From the NCBI RefSeq assembly GCF_008065095.1, contig NZ_CP042911.1:2640001-2672000 (forward strand): a stretch of 32,000 bases of DNA, written 5' to 3'. The notes under the pieces were generated by a model, which ran no database searches, had not been told where the DNA came from, and saw only the letters and a list, made by a program, of their open reading frames with translations. Shown piece after piece: positions 7,898 to 17,173 of the stretch. Each line of letters opens with the position of its first letter. Within the stretch, counting starts at the first letter, position 1. A program made the position numbers and the translations under genes. The DNA is from Gemmata obscuriglobus. Its GTDB lineage: Bacteria; Planctomycetota; Planctomycetia; Gemmatales; Gemmataceae.

Positions 7898-8633
7898 GCC
7901 GGCGCCACAATCGCCCCTCCGCTACTTCGCGACATCACCCGAGCAATCGCCAGATACAAAATTTACGTCAAGTCCTGCGGGATGCCCCGCGTTCAGTTCT
8001 GCCCCGATCGATACCCGGCCACGTTTGAGGGCACGCCACAACGTCCGATGTTCCCCAACCGAGGCGGTTCGCGTGACAGCAAAAACGATGTCGTCAGGAT
8101 TTCACCACATTTTCGTGAAGAAATGCGATCACTTCCCCGTAGTAGAATCGCGGTGCGGCCGGACCGGTCACTCGTCCATCTGAAGCGATTGAAGTCCGCC
8201 GGCCGCCGCAGGAAATTGCTGTACAAGCTGTGTAAGAACGTTATTCTGGATTACGCTGCTGCCGCGATCGTTGGCCAGCGCCGGAACCGGGACTGGTCGG
8301 AGCGATCCCAGTCGTTTCAAGTTCGCACCTCGGACCGGTGTGTTAGTTCGGATTGTGGTCCGCTCACGCCGCGAGCGGTCCATCGGCGCCTCGGATGCGC
8401 GTGTCGCACAACGACGGAGCGAATGACACCGACACCGGGAGCGGTTCGGTTACGCGAAGCGACCGCTCACGGCCGGAGCGGACCACACCCCAGGCCCGAA
8501 CCACGCGCGAACTTGAAACGACTGGACTCGCCGGACGCGGCAAGGAGTGGTGACGCCCCGGGGGCGATTTGGCACGCGAAATGCCACCGATTCAGGCGCT
8601 CACGCTCCGCCCAGTTACCGCCCAGAGCGAACG

Positions 8634-10607
8634 ATGTCCCAGTCGCCCGATGTGTCCGACGATTCCTCCGTCGAGGCTGAGCGCCAGCTCGGCCTCGCCC
8701 GCCAGCGTCTTGCCGCGCACGTCGAAAACACCCCTCTGATCGTCATCGAGTGGGACCACGAGAGCCGGGTGTGCAGTTGGAACGCGCAGGCCGAGCGCGT
8801 GTTCGGGTGGTCGGCCGCGGAGGTGCTGGGTAAGCGCCCGTTCGACTGGCCGTTCCTCCACGAAAGCGCCACCGCAGCGGTCGAGCAGATGGTGGCCGAC
8901 GCGGCGGCCGGGAGACAACCGCGGAGCGTCACCGTCAGCCCGAACTACACCAAGGCAGGCAAGGTCGTTTGGTGCGAGTGGCACAGCTCGATCTTTTACG
9001 ACGGCGACGGGCGGATGGTCTCGTCCCTCTCGCTCGCGCTCGACGTGACCCCGTACCGCACCACGGCAACGGCCCTCGAGCGCAGCCAGGCCCGGCTCCG
9101 CGCCGCGCTGGACGGCGCGCGGATGCTGGCCTGGGACCTCGACCTGCTCACGAACCGGTGGGAAACGACCGTCGACGTGGCCGACTTTTACGGGCTGCCC
9201 CGCGGCCCGGACTATTCGGACCCGCAGTTCGCGCTCCGGGCGGTTCACCCGGACGACGTGCCGGCGGTGCTGGCCGGCCGGCAGCACGCCATCGACACCG
9301 GCGCCCCGCTGCGGTACGAGTTCCGCGGCCGCGTCCCGGCCCCGGACGGCGGCCCGCGGTGGTTCGCCACCCACGGCGCGGTGCTCTACGACGGCACCGG
9401 GCGGCCGGAGCGGATCGTCGCGGTGACCAGCGACGTCACCGAGCGGAAGCGGTCCGAGGAGCAGCGCGAGGCCCTCAACCGGCAGCTCCGCGACGCGGCC
9501 AAGTGGGAGAGCCTGGGGGTGCTCGCCGGGGGCGTGGCCCACGACTTCAACAACATCCTCACGGTCGTGCTCGGCAGCGCGAACCTGGCCCGGCGCGGCC
9601 TGCCGCCGAACTCCTCGACCGTCGCGTACCTGGATCAGATCGAGCAGTCGTGCCGCCGGGCGGCCGAGGTGTGCCGGCAGATGCTGGCGTACTCGGGCCG
9701 CAACCACGGCGGGGCCGCGCGGATCGACCTGACGCCGCTGGTGCGCGAGGCCGCTCCGCTGCTGGCCGGGCCGGAGGGCGCGGCCCCGGTCCGGTACGAG
9801 CTGGACGACGCGCTGCCGCTCGCGCCCGCCGACGCGACGCAGGTGCGCCAGGTGCTGATGAACCTCGTCGCCAACGCGGTGGAGGCGCTCGACGCCGGCG
9901 CGGGCGCGGTCGTCGTGCGCACGTCGGCTGAGGAGGTGCCCCCGGGCGTGCCGGACGGCCTGTTCCACCTCGCGCCGGTCCCGGGGCGGTACGTGTGCCT
10001 GACGGTCGAAGACACCGGGCACGGCATGTCGCCCGAGGTGCGGGCCAAGATGTTCGACCCGTTCTACTCGACCAAGTTCACGGGGCGCGGGCTGGGCCTG
10101 GCGGCGGTGCTGGGCACCGTCCGCGCGCACCGGGGCGGCATCCGGGTCGAGAGCGCGCCGGGGGCGGGCACCACCGTGACCGTGTACTGGCCCGCGCCGG
10201 CGGAGCAGCTCGCGGCCCCGCCCCCGGCGGTCGTACCCGCCGTTGCCAACGTCGCACTGGTGATCGACGACGAACTGTTCGTCCGCGAGGTGACGGCGTC
10301 GATTCTGGAGGAGCTCGGGTTCGCCCCGGTGCTGGCCGCGGACGGGGCGTCGGGGGTCGAGCTGTTCCACCGCAACCGCGAGGCGATCAAGGTGGCCGTG
10401 ATCGACGTGGTGATGCCGGGGATGACCGGCGACCAGGTGCTCAAAACGCTCCGGCTGTTCGCCCCGGGGCTCCCGGTCCTGCTGGTGAGCGGTTTCACGG
10501 ACAGCCGGATCATGACGGCCGACCTGGGCGCGCGCACCGAGTTCCTCCAGAAGCCCTTCCACCCCGAAGACCTGATGAACGCCGTGCGCCGGCTCGCACA
10601 GAAGTAG
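8634..10607 (+). CDS. PAS-PAS hybrid sensor histidine kinase with C-terminal receiver domain
   Basis: ATG at 8634. There are two PAS-like segments (ENTPLIVIEWD...VFGWSAAEVLG and LDGARMLAWDLDL...). The kinase core has H-box GGVAHDFNNILTVVLG, N-box VLMNLVANAVEA and G-boxes EDTGHGM / GRGLGLAAV. The receiver shows VIDDE...DVVMPGMTG...LLVSGF...QKPF. Confidence 0.85.
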   Translation: MSQSPDVSDDSSVEAERQLGLARQRLAAHVENTPLIVIEWDHESRVCSWNAQAERVFGWSAAEVLGKRPFDWPFLHESATAAVEQMVADAAAGRQPRSVTVSPNYTKAGKVVWCEWHSSIFYDGDGRMVSSLSLALDVTPYRTTATALERSQARLRAALDGARMLAWDLDLLTNRWETTVDVADFYGLPRGPDYSDPQFALRAVHPDDVPAVLAGRQHAIDTGAPLRYEFRGRVPAPDGGPRWFATHGAVLYDGTGRPERIVAVTSDVTERKRSEEQREALNRQLRDAAKWESLGVLAGGVAHDFNNILTVVLGSANLARRGLPPNSSTVAYLDQIEQSCRRAAEVCRQMLAYSGRNHGGAARIDLTPLVREAAPLLAGPEGAAPVRYELDDALPLAPADATQVRQVLMNLVANAVEALDAGAGAVVVRTSAEEVPPGVPDGLFHLAPVPGRYVCLTVEDTGHGMSPEVRAKMFDPFYSTKFTGRGLGLAAVLGTVRAHRGGIRVESAPGAGTTVTVYWPAPAEQLAAPPPAVVPAVANVALVIDDELFVREVTASILEELGFAPVLAADGASGVELFHRNREAIKVAVIDVVMPGMTGDQVLKTLRLFAPGLPVLLVSGFTDSRIMTADLGARTEFLQKPFHPEDLMNAVRRLAQK

Positions 10608-10703
10608 CACCGACTTGGTGTGATCGTGCGGCCGTCATTATTACTACGGTACTCCTGGCGCGGGTGCCGTTGCCGTACCCGGCGGCAGTCACGATCTGAT
10701 GTA

Positions 10704-10725
10704 CCGGCCCTGGCAACAGGGCCGG
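10704..10725. terminator. GC-rich hairpin downstream of the kinase gene
   Basis: CCGGCCCTG-GCAA-CAGGGCCGG: a perfect 9-bp stem with a 4-nt loop, and no clear T-tract. Confidence 0.35.
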
Positions 10726-10844
10726 TCCCGACGCGGGACGAGACGGTCCGGTAGGGCCGGCGGAACAACGCGCCGCGGGTGCTGGCGGCGTTGCGGGGCC
10801 GTGCCCCATGCGCCCCGCGGAACACCGCCCGCGCAGGCCGAAAC

Positions 10845-10884
10845 GGTCGGAGGCGTGAGCGGTTCGCCGCTCACGCCTCCGACC
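10845..10884. terminator. strong hairpin between convergent genes, probably a bidirectional terminator
   Basis: GGTCGGAGGCGTGAGCGG-TTCG-CCGCTCACGCCTCCGACC: a perfect 18-bp stem, 37 nt past the stop of the TolC-like gene. Confidence 0.5.
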
Positions 10885-10921
10885 GCACCGCCGCGCGTGT
10901 TGCTTACAGGCCGCCCGACAT

Positions 10922-13480
10922 TTACGGCAGCGTCGGCGGAATCGTGGGCGGTTGCGGGGTAGTCACTCCGCCGGTCGCGGGCGGGGTCGGCAGCGCCGGC
11001 GGGCTCCAAACCGGGTCGCTCGACTTCTTCGTTTCGGGCGGCAGTGTCGCCCGGGCGTCCGAGCGGAACGATTCGCCCGCGGCGCCGGCGGTGCCCGCAG
11101 GGGGCGTGGCGCCCGGCGCCGGCGCGTCCGTCGCGCTGCGGTACGGCGGCGGTTCGGGAACCAGCGCGCGGCCCTCGGAGCGGAAGTACCCGTCCGGGTT
11201 GCTCGTGGCCCCCCCGCCGGCCGGCGGGGTGAACCCGGACCCGACCGAGCGGCTGCCCGGGGGCAGCGGCGGGAGCGTGGCCCGGCCGTTCGGCTGGAAC
11301 TCGGCCCCGGAGCCGGTCCCGAAGGTCGGGAGCGGGCGCGGCTGCCCCACCGGGCCGGCCCCCAGCGGCCCGGCGCCCGGCTGCACCCGGCCCCCGGGCG
11401 GGGTGTCCGAGCCCGGCCGCGTCGGGACCGCGTCGTCCGTCTTCGGCAGCTCCATCGGCAGCGGGTCCCGCTTCTCCGCGAACGGCGGCAACTGGAGCAG
11501 CGAGGTGGTGCCGCCCGCCGGGGCGATCGGGTGCCCGCCGACCGCCGTCCCGCCCGGCGGGGGCGCTTGCTCCCGCAGCTTCAGCGCCGCCTCGGTGCGT
11601 TCGCGGATGTGGTCCGCGGCCCGCTTCGACACCCACGGCGGCAGCGCCCCCTCGCTGACCGACACGCGGTTGTACTGCTGGATGGTCCCCTTCGCGTACT
11701 CGAACTGGGCCAGCGCGATGTTGTAGTTCGCGATCGCCTGCGTTTCGGCCGCGACGGCCAGAGCGAGCTGCTGCTGCACGGTCAGGTCGTTGAGGAACTC
11801 GTTCGGGTCCGGGCCGCCGATGTCCACGGCCGCGCGGGCCCGGGCGACGTACTTCTGGTTCGCCTCCCGCTCGGCCCTGCGCGGCGCGATCACGGCGTGC
11901 AGCTCGTTCACCCGCCGGTACTGGAGGGTCAGGTTCTCGATCGCCCGCAGCTCCTCGTTGCGGAGCTGGAGGTAGCTCTTTTCCATGTTCAACTGGGCCT
12001 GCCGCACCAGGGCGTTGGCGTCGCGGAACCCGATCGGCATGTCGAGCCGCACGCCCAGGGTCCAGCTGTTGAACCGGTTGTCGATGAAGTTGCCGAACGC
12101 GTTCCCGGGGCTGGCGCCGGTGGGGCCGAAGTCCTCGGCGCGGCCGTCCAGGCGGGTACCCAGGCCGGCCATGTCGTACTGCGCGAACCCGCGCAGGTCG
12201 GGCCGCCGGAGCTGCTTCTGGAGCAGCAGGTCGAGCTGCCGGAACTTCACGTCCTGGCGGGCGATCAGCAGCTCCGGCCGGTACGCGATGGCGTCGTTGG
12301 CGGCCTCGTGGAAGTCCGGCTGGTACGGGGCCAGGTTGGGCTCGTCGATGGGCACCAGCCGCACCCCGTCGTCGCTGCGCAGCCCGATCAGGCCGCGGAG
12401 CTGCCGCTCGCTCTCGAGCACCTGCCCGCGGGTCTGGTACACGCCCGCCCGGAACCGCTCGAACTGGGCCTGGACCTGGTCCAGCCGCTGCGGCTTCAGC
12501 GCCCCGGCGTCCACCCGCAGCTTGGTGTAGCGGTAGGCCTCGAACGCCTGCCGCAGGCCCTCCTCCTGGGCGTACAGGTTGTAGTAGCTGGCGTAGAGGT
12601 TCCAGTACGCCGCCTCCACGTTCAGCAGCATGGTGTTCACCAGCTGGTCGAACGTGGCCCGCTGCTGGTCCATCCGGATGCGGGTGATGAGGATGCCCTC
12701 GGTGCCCTGCCCGGTGGACTGCAGCCCGGTAATCAGCAAGCTCCCCGGGTGGGTCGGGCTGAGCTGGTTCACCTCGACCCCGAACAGCCGCAGCAGCGGC
12801 TGCTCGACGGTGAGCTGCACCCGCGGGGTGTAGTTCGGGTTCACCAGTTGGGTCTGGGTTGTGGCCTGCTGCGAGAACTTGGAGTAGTCGGTGCTGAACG
12901 TGATCCCGGCGACGCCGCCGGTGGGCAGCGGCTTGGCCAGGGTGCTGCTGAAGCTCGCCGCGTCACGGGACTGCTGGAACGACAGGAACTGGGCCGCCAC
13001 CGGCTGGTCGATCTTCTGCCACTGCATCGAGGTGATCCAGCGGGCGTCGAACTTGCTCAGCGAGCGCTCGATCTCCGCGGCCGCGATGGCCGGGTCGATG
13101 GCGAACGAGCGGATCGCGTCGGACCCGCCCACGCCGCGGCCGGAGAACTGCTGCAGCGAGTCGTTCTTGAACCCGGGGTTGTTGGGAGACTGGCTGCCCA
13201 CGCTCCCCTGCTCCATCGCCAGCGCGATGCACTCGGACAGCTTCATCATGCGCGGCGGGCGCACGAAGTCGGTCACGGTGTTGACCGGGCCGCCGAGCTT
13301 GTCCACCTGGCCCGGCGCGATCGTGCCGTGCGGGTTCGCCTCCAGCGACTTGGGCAGAGCGACCTGGGCGGCGTCCTTGTAGTCGGCCGGATCCATGAAG
13401 AGCTGCTGCTTACACCCACCGGCGGCGGAGATCGTCAGCACCCCGGCGAGCGCTCGCTTGAACCAACGGCTCCGGCTCAT
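10922..13480 (-). CDS. TolC-like outer-membrane efflux protein (OEP family) lipoprotein with a roughly 235-aa Pro/Gly-rich C-terminal extension
   Basis: 852-aa ORF with a lipobox-like N-terminus ...LTISAAGGC. The long alpha-helical/OEP-type body includes ...ATFDQLVNTMLLNVEAAYWNLY... and ...VQQQLALAVAAETQAIANYNIALAQFEYAKG. The tail is low complexity. Confidence 0.75.
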   Translation of the reverse strand: MSRSRWFKRALAGVLTISAAGGCKQQLFMDPADYKDAAQVALPKSLEANPHGTIAPGQVDKLGGPVNTVTDFVRPPRMMKLSECIALAMEQGSVGSQSPNNPGFKNDSLQQFSGRGVGGSDAIRSFAIDPAIAAAEIERSLSKFDARWITSMQWQKIDQPVAAQFLSFQQSRDAASFSSTLAKPLPTGGVAGITFSTDYSKFSQQATTQTQLVNPNYTPRVQLTVEQPLLRLFGVEVNQLSPTHPGSLLITGLQSTGQGTEGILITRIRMDQQRATFDQLVNTMLLNVEAAYWNLYASYYNLYAQEEGLRQAFEAYRYTKLRVDAGALKPQRLDQVQAQFERFRAGVYQTRGQVLESERQLRGLIGLRSDDGVRLVPIDEPNLAPYQPDFHEAANDAIAYRPELLIARQDVKFRQLDLLLQKQLRRPDLRGFAQYDMAGLGTRLDGRAEDFGPTGASPGNAFGNFIDNRFNSWTLGVRLDMPIGFRDANALVRQAQLNMEKSYLQLRNEELRAIENLTLQYRRVNELHAVIAPRRAEREANQKYVARARAAVDIGGPDPNEFLNDLTVQQQLALAVAAETQAIANYNIALAQFEYAKGTIQQYNRVSVSEGALPPWVSKRAADHIRERTEAALKLREQAPPPGGTAVGGHPIAPAGGTTSLLQLPPFAEKRDPLPMELPKTDDAVPTRPGSDTPPGGRVQPGAGPLGAGPVGQPRPLPTFGTGSGAEFQPNGRATLPPLPPGSRSVGSGFTPPAGGGATSNPDGYFRSEGRALVPEPPPYRSATDAPAPGATPPAGTAGAAGESFRSDARATLPPETKKSSDPVWSPPALPTPPATGGVTTPQPPTIPPTLP

Positions 13481-13812
13481 GTGTTTTCCCCGCTCCCACC
13501 CTGATCCGCCACAGCCCGCTCCGGTCCCTCCGCCCGCGGTGCGAGCGGCCCGAGTCGATCCGGAGGTGCCTTCAACGAACCAATCGACGGGTCGCGCGGA
13601 AGTATTTAGCTAGTTTGTCGGTCGAATCGGAAATTTCTTTGTTTTCGTTCAAGTTCCGGGCAAGCGCCGCGAGGTGGGCAGGTTCCGCGAGCGCGGCAGC
13701 CCTGGCGCTCCGGTGCGGCGGGCAAGAGTAGGGAACCGTACGCTTGAGGCGCCGGCCCGTTCGCGATAGGCTGAGCGGAGTCGTCAACGAGTCCCGCACC
13801 GAGGAGGTCACC

Positions 13813-14022
13813 ATGGACCAACCCGCCACCCCGGAACAGAAGCAGGCCCGGATGACCGAGTTCCTGCGGTTACTGCCCCTCACGCTAGAACTGGCGGGGT
13901 TGCCCAAGGCGGACCCGGCCCGGCCATTCTCGGGGGATCAGATTGAGGGGCGGGTGATGAGCCTCCGGACCGCGTACAAAGCCGCCCGCGCGCTGATCCG
14001 AGAAGTGGGAGACGGGATTTAG
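13813..14022 (+). CDS. small hypothetical protein (69 aa)
   Basis: ATG at 13813 preceded by GAGGAGG at 13801-13807. The frame is GC3-rich. No recognised domain. Confidence 0.5.
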   Translation: MDQPATPEQKQARMTEFLRLLPLTLELAGLPKADPARPFSGDQIEGRVMSLRTAYKAARALIREVGDGI

Positions 14023-14035
14023 AAACGCGGAGCGC

Positions 14036-14118
14036 GGAACTCGGAGTGCGGAATAAAGACAGTCGGACGTCGTTGTCGGCCGGTGTTCTTTGTTCTTCCG
14101 TTCCGCACTCCGAATTCC
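14036..14118. terminator. long-range inverted repeat between convergent genes (18-bp arms, 47-nt spacer)
   Basis: GGAACTCGGAGTGCGGAA (14036-14053) against TTCCGCACTCCGAATTCC (14101-14118), with 17 of 18 positions complementary. Confidence 0.35.
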
Positions 14119-14130
14119 ACATTTCTCCCG

Positions 14131-14553
14131 TCAGTCGTCCAGCGCCGTGTCCTCCTGGACCGGCGGGCCGGCGACGCGACCGGCAATCGCGGTCGCGGTC
14201 GCGAACGAGCGGCAGAACGCCATTGTGAGCAGCACCTGGTTAACCCCGCGGGCGGCCTGAAGTTCCCCGACCGCCCCGATCACCACGGCGCGGGGCGTCT
14301 GCCCGGGCTCGCACAGCACCTCCACATCGGTCCAGCTCATCCCCCGCTTCCAGGTGGTGCCGAGCGCGCGGAGCACCGCCTCCTTCGCCGCCCACAGCGC
14401 CGCGAACTGCTCGGTGGTCTGCCGGCGCGAGTGACAGAACCGCACCTCGCGGTCCGTGTACACTTGCCGCAGGAACGCGTCAGCGTGCTCGTCAAGTAGT
14501 TGCCGCACCCGGGCGCATTCCAGCACCTGGGTGCCGAGTCCGAGTATTTCCAT
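14131..14553 (-). CDS. acpS: holo-[acyl-carrier-protein] synthase (4'-phosphopantetheinyl transferase)
   Basis: 140-aa C-terminal part of ORF 14131..16350, starting at ATG 14553. MEILGLGTQVLECARV...REVRFC...FAALWAAKEAVLRALG...W.DVEV fits the AcpS pattern. Confidence 0.8.
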   Translation of the reverse strand: MEILGLGTQVLECARVRQLLDEHADAFLRQVYTDREVRFCHSRRQTTEQFAALWAAKEAVLRALGTTWKRGMSWTDVEVLCEPGQTPRAVVIGAVGELQAARGVNQVLLTMAFCRSFATATAIAGRVAGPPVQEDTALDD

Positions 14554-14617
14554 CCCCCCCCCAGGCTGAGCTTCGCACCGTCCGCGGGAGTCGGTAAAAT
14601 CCGCGGGACGAGCCCCG

Positions 14618-14650
14618 CCCCGTCCGGGTCCCGATCGGGACCGGACGGGG
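14618..14650. promoter_or_regulatory. near-perfect palindrome in the acpS / uvrD divergent intergenic region (possible operator)
   Basis: CCCCGTCCGGGTCCC-GATC-GGGACCGGACGGGG with one bulged base. A direct repeat TCCGCGGGA lies nearby, at 14581-14589 and 14600-14608. Confidence 0.3.
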
Positions 14651-14682
14651 TAGGTCTCTTTGTACTCACCGAAGGATTCGCC

Positions 14683-16950
14683 ATGTCCGACGACGCCGAC
14701 CTGCTCGCCGATTTGACCCCCGACCAGCGGGCGGCGGTGATGCACGGCGAGGGGCCGCTGTTGATCCTGGCGGGGGCCGGCAGCGGCAAGACCCGCGTCA
14801 TCACCCGCCGGGTCGCGTACCTGCTGCGGGCGGGCGTGCGCGCCCACAACATCCTGGCGATCACGTTCACGAACAAAGCCGCCGGTGAGATGAAGAACCG
14901 TGTGGAGAAGCTCGCGCCCGGCAACCGGGTGTGGGTGAGCACGTTCCACAGCCTCGGCGCCCGGCTCCTGCGCCAGTACGCCGAGCGGCTCGGGTTCGAC
15001 CGCAACTTCACCATCTACGACACCGACGACCGCAACAAGCTCGTCAAGGACGCGCTGGAGGCGGCCGGCATCGACAACGTGAAGTTCACCCCGGAGCGCA
15101 TCGCCGGCGCCATCAGTAAGGCAAAGAACCAGCTCGTCACCCCGCCGCAGTACGAGCGCACCGCCACCGACTTCTTCCAGAAGACCGTGGCCGCCGTGTA
15201 CCCGCGGTACGAGAAGCGGCTCCGCAGCGCCAACGCGATGGACTTCGACGACCTGTTGTACCTGCCCGCGATGGCGCTCAAGCAGAACGAGGAGCTGCGC
15301 GCCGAACTGGACTCGCGGTTCCGATACATCATGATCGACGAGTACCAGGACACGAACTCCGCGCAGTACCAGATCGTCAAGCAGCTGAGCATTAACAACC
15401 CGAACGTCTGCGTGGTGGGGGACCCCGACCAGAGCATTTACAAGTGGCGCGGCTCGGACATCAAAATCATCCTCGACTTCGAGCGCGACTTCCCGAACGC
15501 GCGCACCATCACGCTCGCGCAGAACTACCGCAGCACGAAATCCATCATCCGCGCCGCCAGCGTGCTGATCGACCACAACAAGCAGCGCAAGAAAAAGGAC
15601 CTGGTCACCGACAACCCGCAGGGCGAGCCGGTCAACGTCATCACGTTCGACAACGGCCTGGACGAGGCCGAGGGCGTCGTGGTGCGGATCAAGGAGGCCG
15701 TGAAGGCCGGCACGTTCAAGTACCGCGACCACGCCATCTTCATGCGCATCAACGCGCTCACGCGGTCGCTCGAGTCCGCGTTCGTGAAGCACGGCGTCCC
15801 GTTCCAGATCGTAAAGGGGCTGGCGTTCTTCGAGCGCAAGGAGAACCGCGACGTGCTCGCGTACCTGCGGCTGCTGACCAACCCGCACGACGGCGTGAGC
15901 TTCCTGCGCGTGGTGAACGCGCCGGCCCGGGGCATCGGTAAGGTGTCGCTCGACAAGCTGCAATCGTTCGCCGCGAGCCAAGAAATCGGGCTCCTCGCCG
16001 CCGCTGGGCAGATCGCCAAGATCACCGAGATCAAAGGTAAAGCAGCGACAGGGCTGCGGGACTTCCACCGGCTCATGACCGACCTTCGCTCTAAGATGGA
16101 CCAGCCCCCGCACGAACTGGTGCGCCTCGTGCTGGACAAGTCGGGCTACGAGGCGATGCTCCGCGACTCGACCGACGAGGAGGACGCGGACCGGCTCGCG
16201 AACGTGTCCGAACTCGTCACCGCCGCGAAGCAGTTCTGGGACGAGGACAACTCGCGCACGATCACCGACTTCTTGGAACAGATCACGCTCGCGTCCGACA
16301 CGGACGGCTGGGACGAGCAGGCCGATCACGTGTCCGTGATGACGCTGCACGCGTCAAAGGGGCTGGAGTTCCCGGCGGTGTACATCCTCGCGGTGGAACA
16401 GGGGCTCCTGCCGCACGAGCGCAGCCTGGCGAACGACGAGGAGATCGAGGAGGAGCGGCGGCTGTGCTTCGTGGGCATGACCCGCGCCATGAAGGAGCTG
16501 TACCTGTGCCACGCGCGGATGCGCGAGTTCCGGGGCCAGCTCAACTACTGCATCGTGAGCCAGTTCATCCAGGAGCTGCCGCGCGACGTGCGGTTCATCG
16601 ACCCGTCGATGGCGCGGAACGTGGCCCGCACCGCGGCCGACGAATGGCGCGTCAAATCGAGCGCCGCGGCCAAGGACTGGGCGGACACCGGGCTGCGGCC
16701 ACTCATCCCGCCTGCGTCACGAAAACCGAACCCGGGGCTGAAGCCGACCATCCCCGACGCGCCCGATACCGGTTTGGCCGTCGGGGTACTGGTTCAACAC
16801 GAGGAGTTCGGAATCGGCAACGTGGCGGAGGTGTCCGGGTTCGGGGCCCTGCGCAAGGTGCGCGTGCGGTTCGCCGCCCACGGGGTGAAGCTGTTCGTCG
16901 GCGACAAGATCAAACTGAAGGTGATAGTCCGCAAGAAGGCGGAGGAATGA
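14683..16950 (+). CDS. uvrD: UvrD/PcrA/Rep-type ATP-dependent DNA helicase
   Basis: ATG at 14683. Walker A is AGAGSGKT. Helicase motifs are TFTNKAAGEM, IMIDEYQDTN, VVGDPDQSIYKWRG, LAQNYRS, VMTLHASKGLEFPAV and CFVGMTRAM. Confidence 0.9.
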   Translation: MSDDADLLADLTPDQRAAVMHGEGPLLILAGAGSGKTRVITRRVAYLLRAGVRAHNILAITFTNKAAGEMKNRVEKLAPGNRVWVSTFHSLGARLLRQYAERLGFDRNFTIYDTDDRNKLVKDALEAAGIDNVKFTPERIAGAISKAKNQLVTPPQYERTATDFFQKTVAAVYPRYEKRLRSANAMDFDDLLYLPAMALKQNEELRAELDSRFRYIMIDEYQDTNSAQYQIVKQLSINNPNVCVVGDPDQSIYKWRGSDIKIILDFERDFPNARTITLAQNYRSTKSIIRAASVLIDHNKQRKKKDLVTDNPQGEPVNVITFDNGLDEAEGVVVRIKEAVKAGTFKYRDHAIFMRINALTRSLESAFVKHGVPFQIVKGLAFFERKENRDVLAYLRLLTNPHDGVSFLRVVNAPARGIGKVSLDKLQSFAASQEIGLLAAAGQIAKITEIKGKAATGLRDFHRLMTDLRSKMDQPPHELVRLVLDKSGYEAMLRDSTDEEDADRLANVSELVTAAKQFWDEDNSRTITDFLEQITLASDTDGWDEQADHVSVMTLHASKGLEFPAVYILAVEQGLLPHERSLANDEEIEEERRLCFVGMTRAMKELYLCHARMREFRGQLNYCIVSQFIQELPRDVRFIDPSMARNVARTAADEWRVKSSAAAKDWADTGLRPLIPPASRKPNPGLKPTIPDAPDTGLAVGVLVQHEEFGIGNVAEVSGFGALRKVRVRFAAHGVKLFVGDKIKLKVIVRKKAEE

Positions 16951-17173
16951 GACCACCGCTAGCCCTGCCTGCTGACGCGGGGCTCGCGGCGCCCGCCGCC
17001 CCTTCGCTGCGCGTGGCCGTTGGGGCATCTCGCGTCCGCTCGCATGTAAGCCCGTTACCATCGGGCCGGTAGTCCCTACACTTCCCTCGACCGCCCACAT
17101 CAACCGCGGTCGCGAAGGAGCCGGCCAGAGTGGCCGGCGAACGTCCCGTTCTTTCACGCGGAGAAACCGACCC

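Noticed and set aside
7746-7910. N-terminal extension of the IS-B transposase ORF (alternative start at 7910).
   Set aside because: It would start outside the IS-B boundary (7839) within IS-A repeat sequence. ATG 7745 lies inside the element and gives a sensible N-terminus.
7670-8680. 336-aa + strand ORF spanning the end of IS-A and the kinase upstream region.
   Set aside because: It is extremely Arg-rich, begins inside IS-B/IS-A sequence, and runs into the kinase gene's leader. It shows no domain-like segments.
8592-10610. 672-aa ORF on the minus strand, antisense to the histidine kinase. Similar long antisense or offset ORFs: 1643..2842 -, 2845..3927 -, 10952..13504 +, 19036..20340 +, 20625..22076 +, 23697..24794 +, 24334..25302 -.
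   Set aside because: These translations are Arg/Gly/Pro/Ala/His-rich low-complexity 'shadow' ORFs of the kind expected opposite GC3-rich genes. In every case the opposite or offset frame has clear family motifs.
14554-16350. Upstream 600 aa of the 739-aa minus-strand ORF 14131..16350.
   Set aside because: Only the last 140 aa (from ATG 14553) look like a protein (AcpS). The rest is antisense to the well-supported uvrD/pcrA gene.
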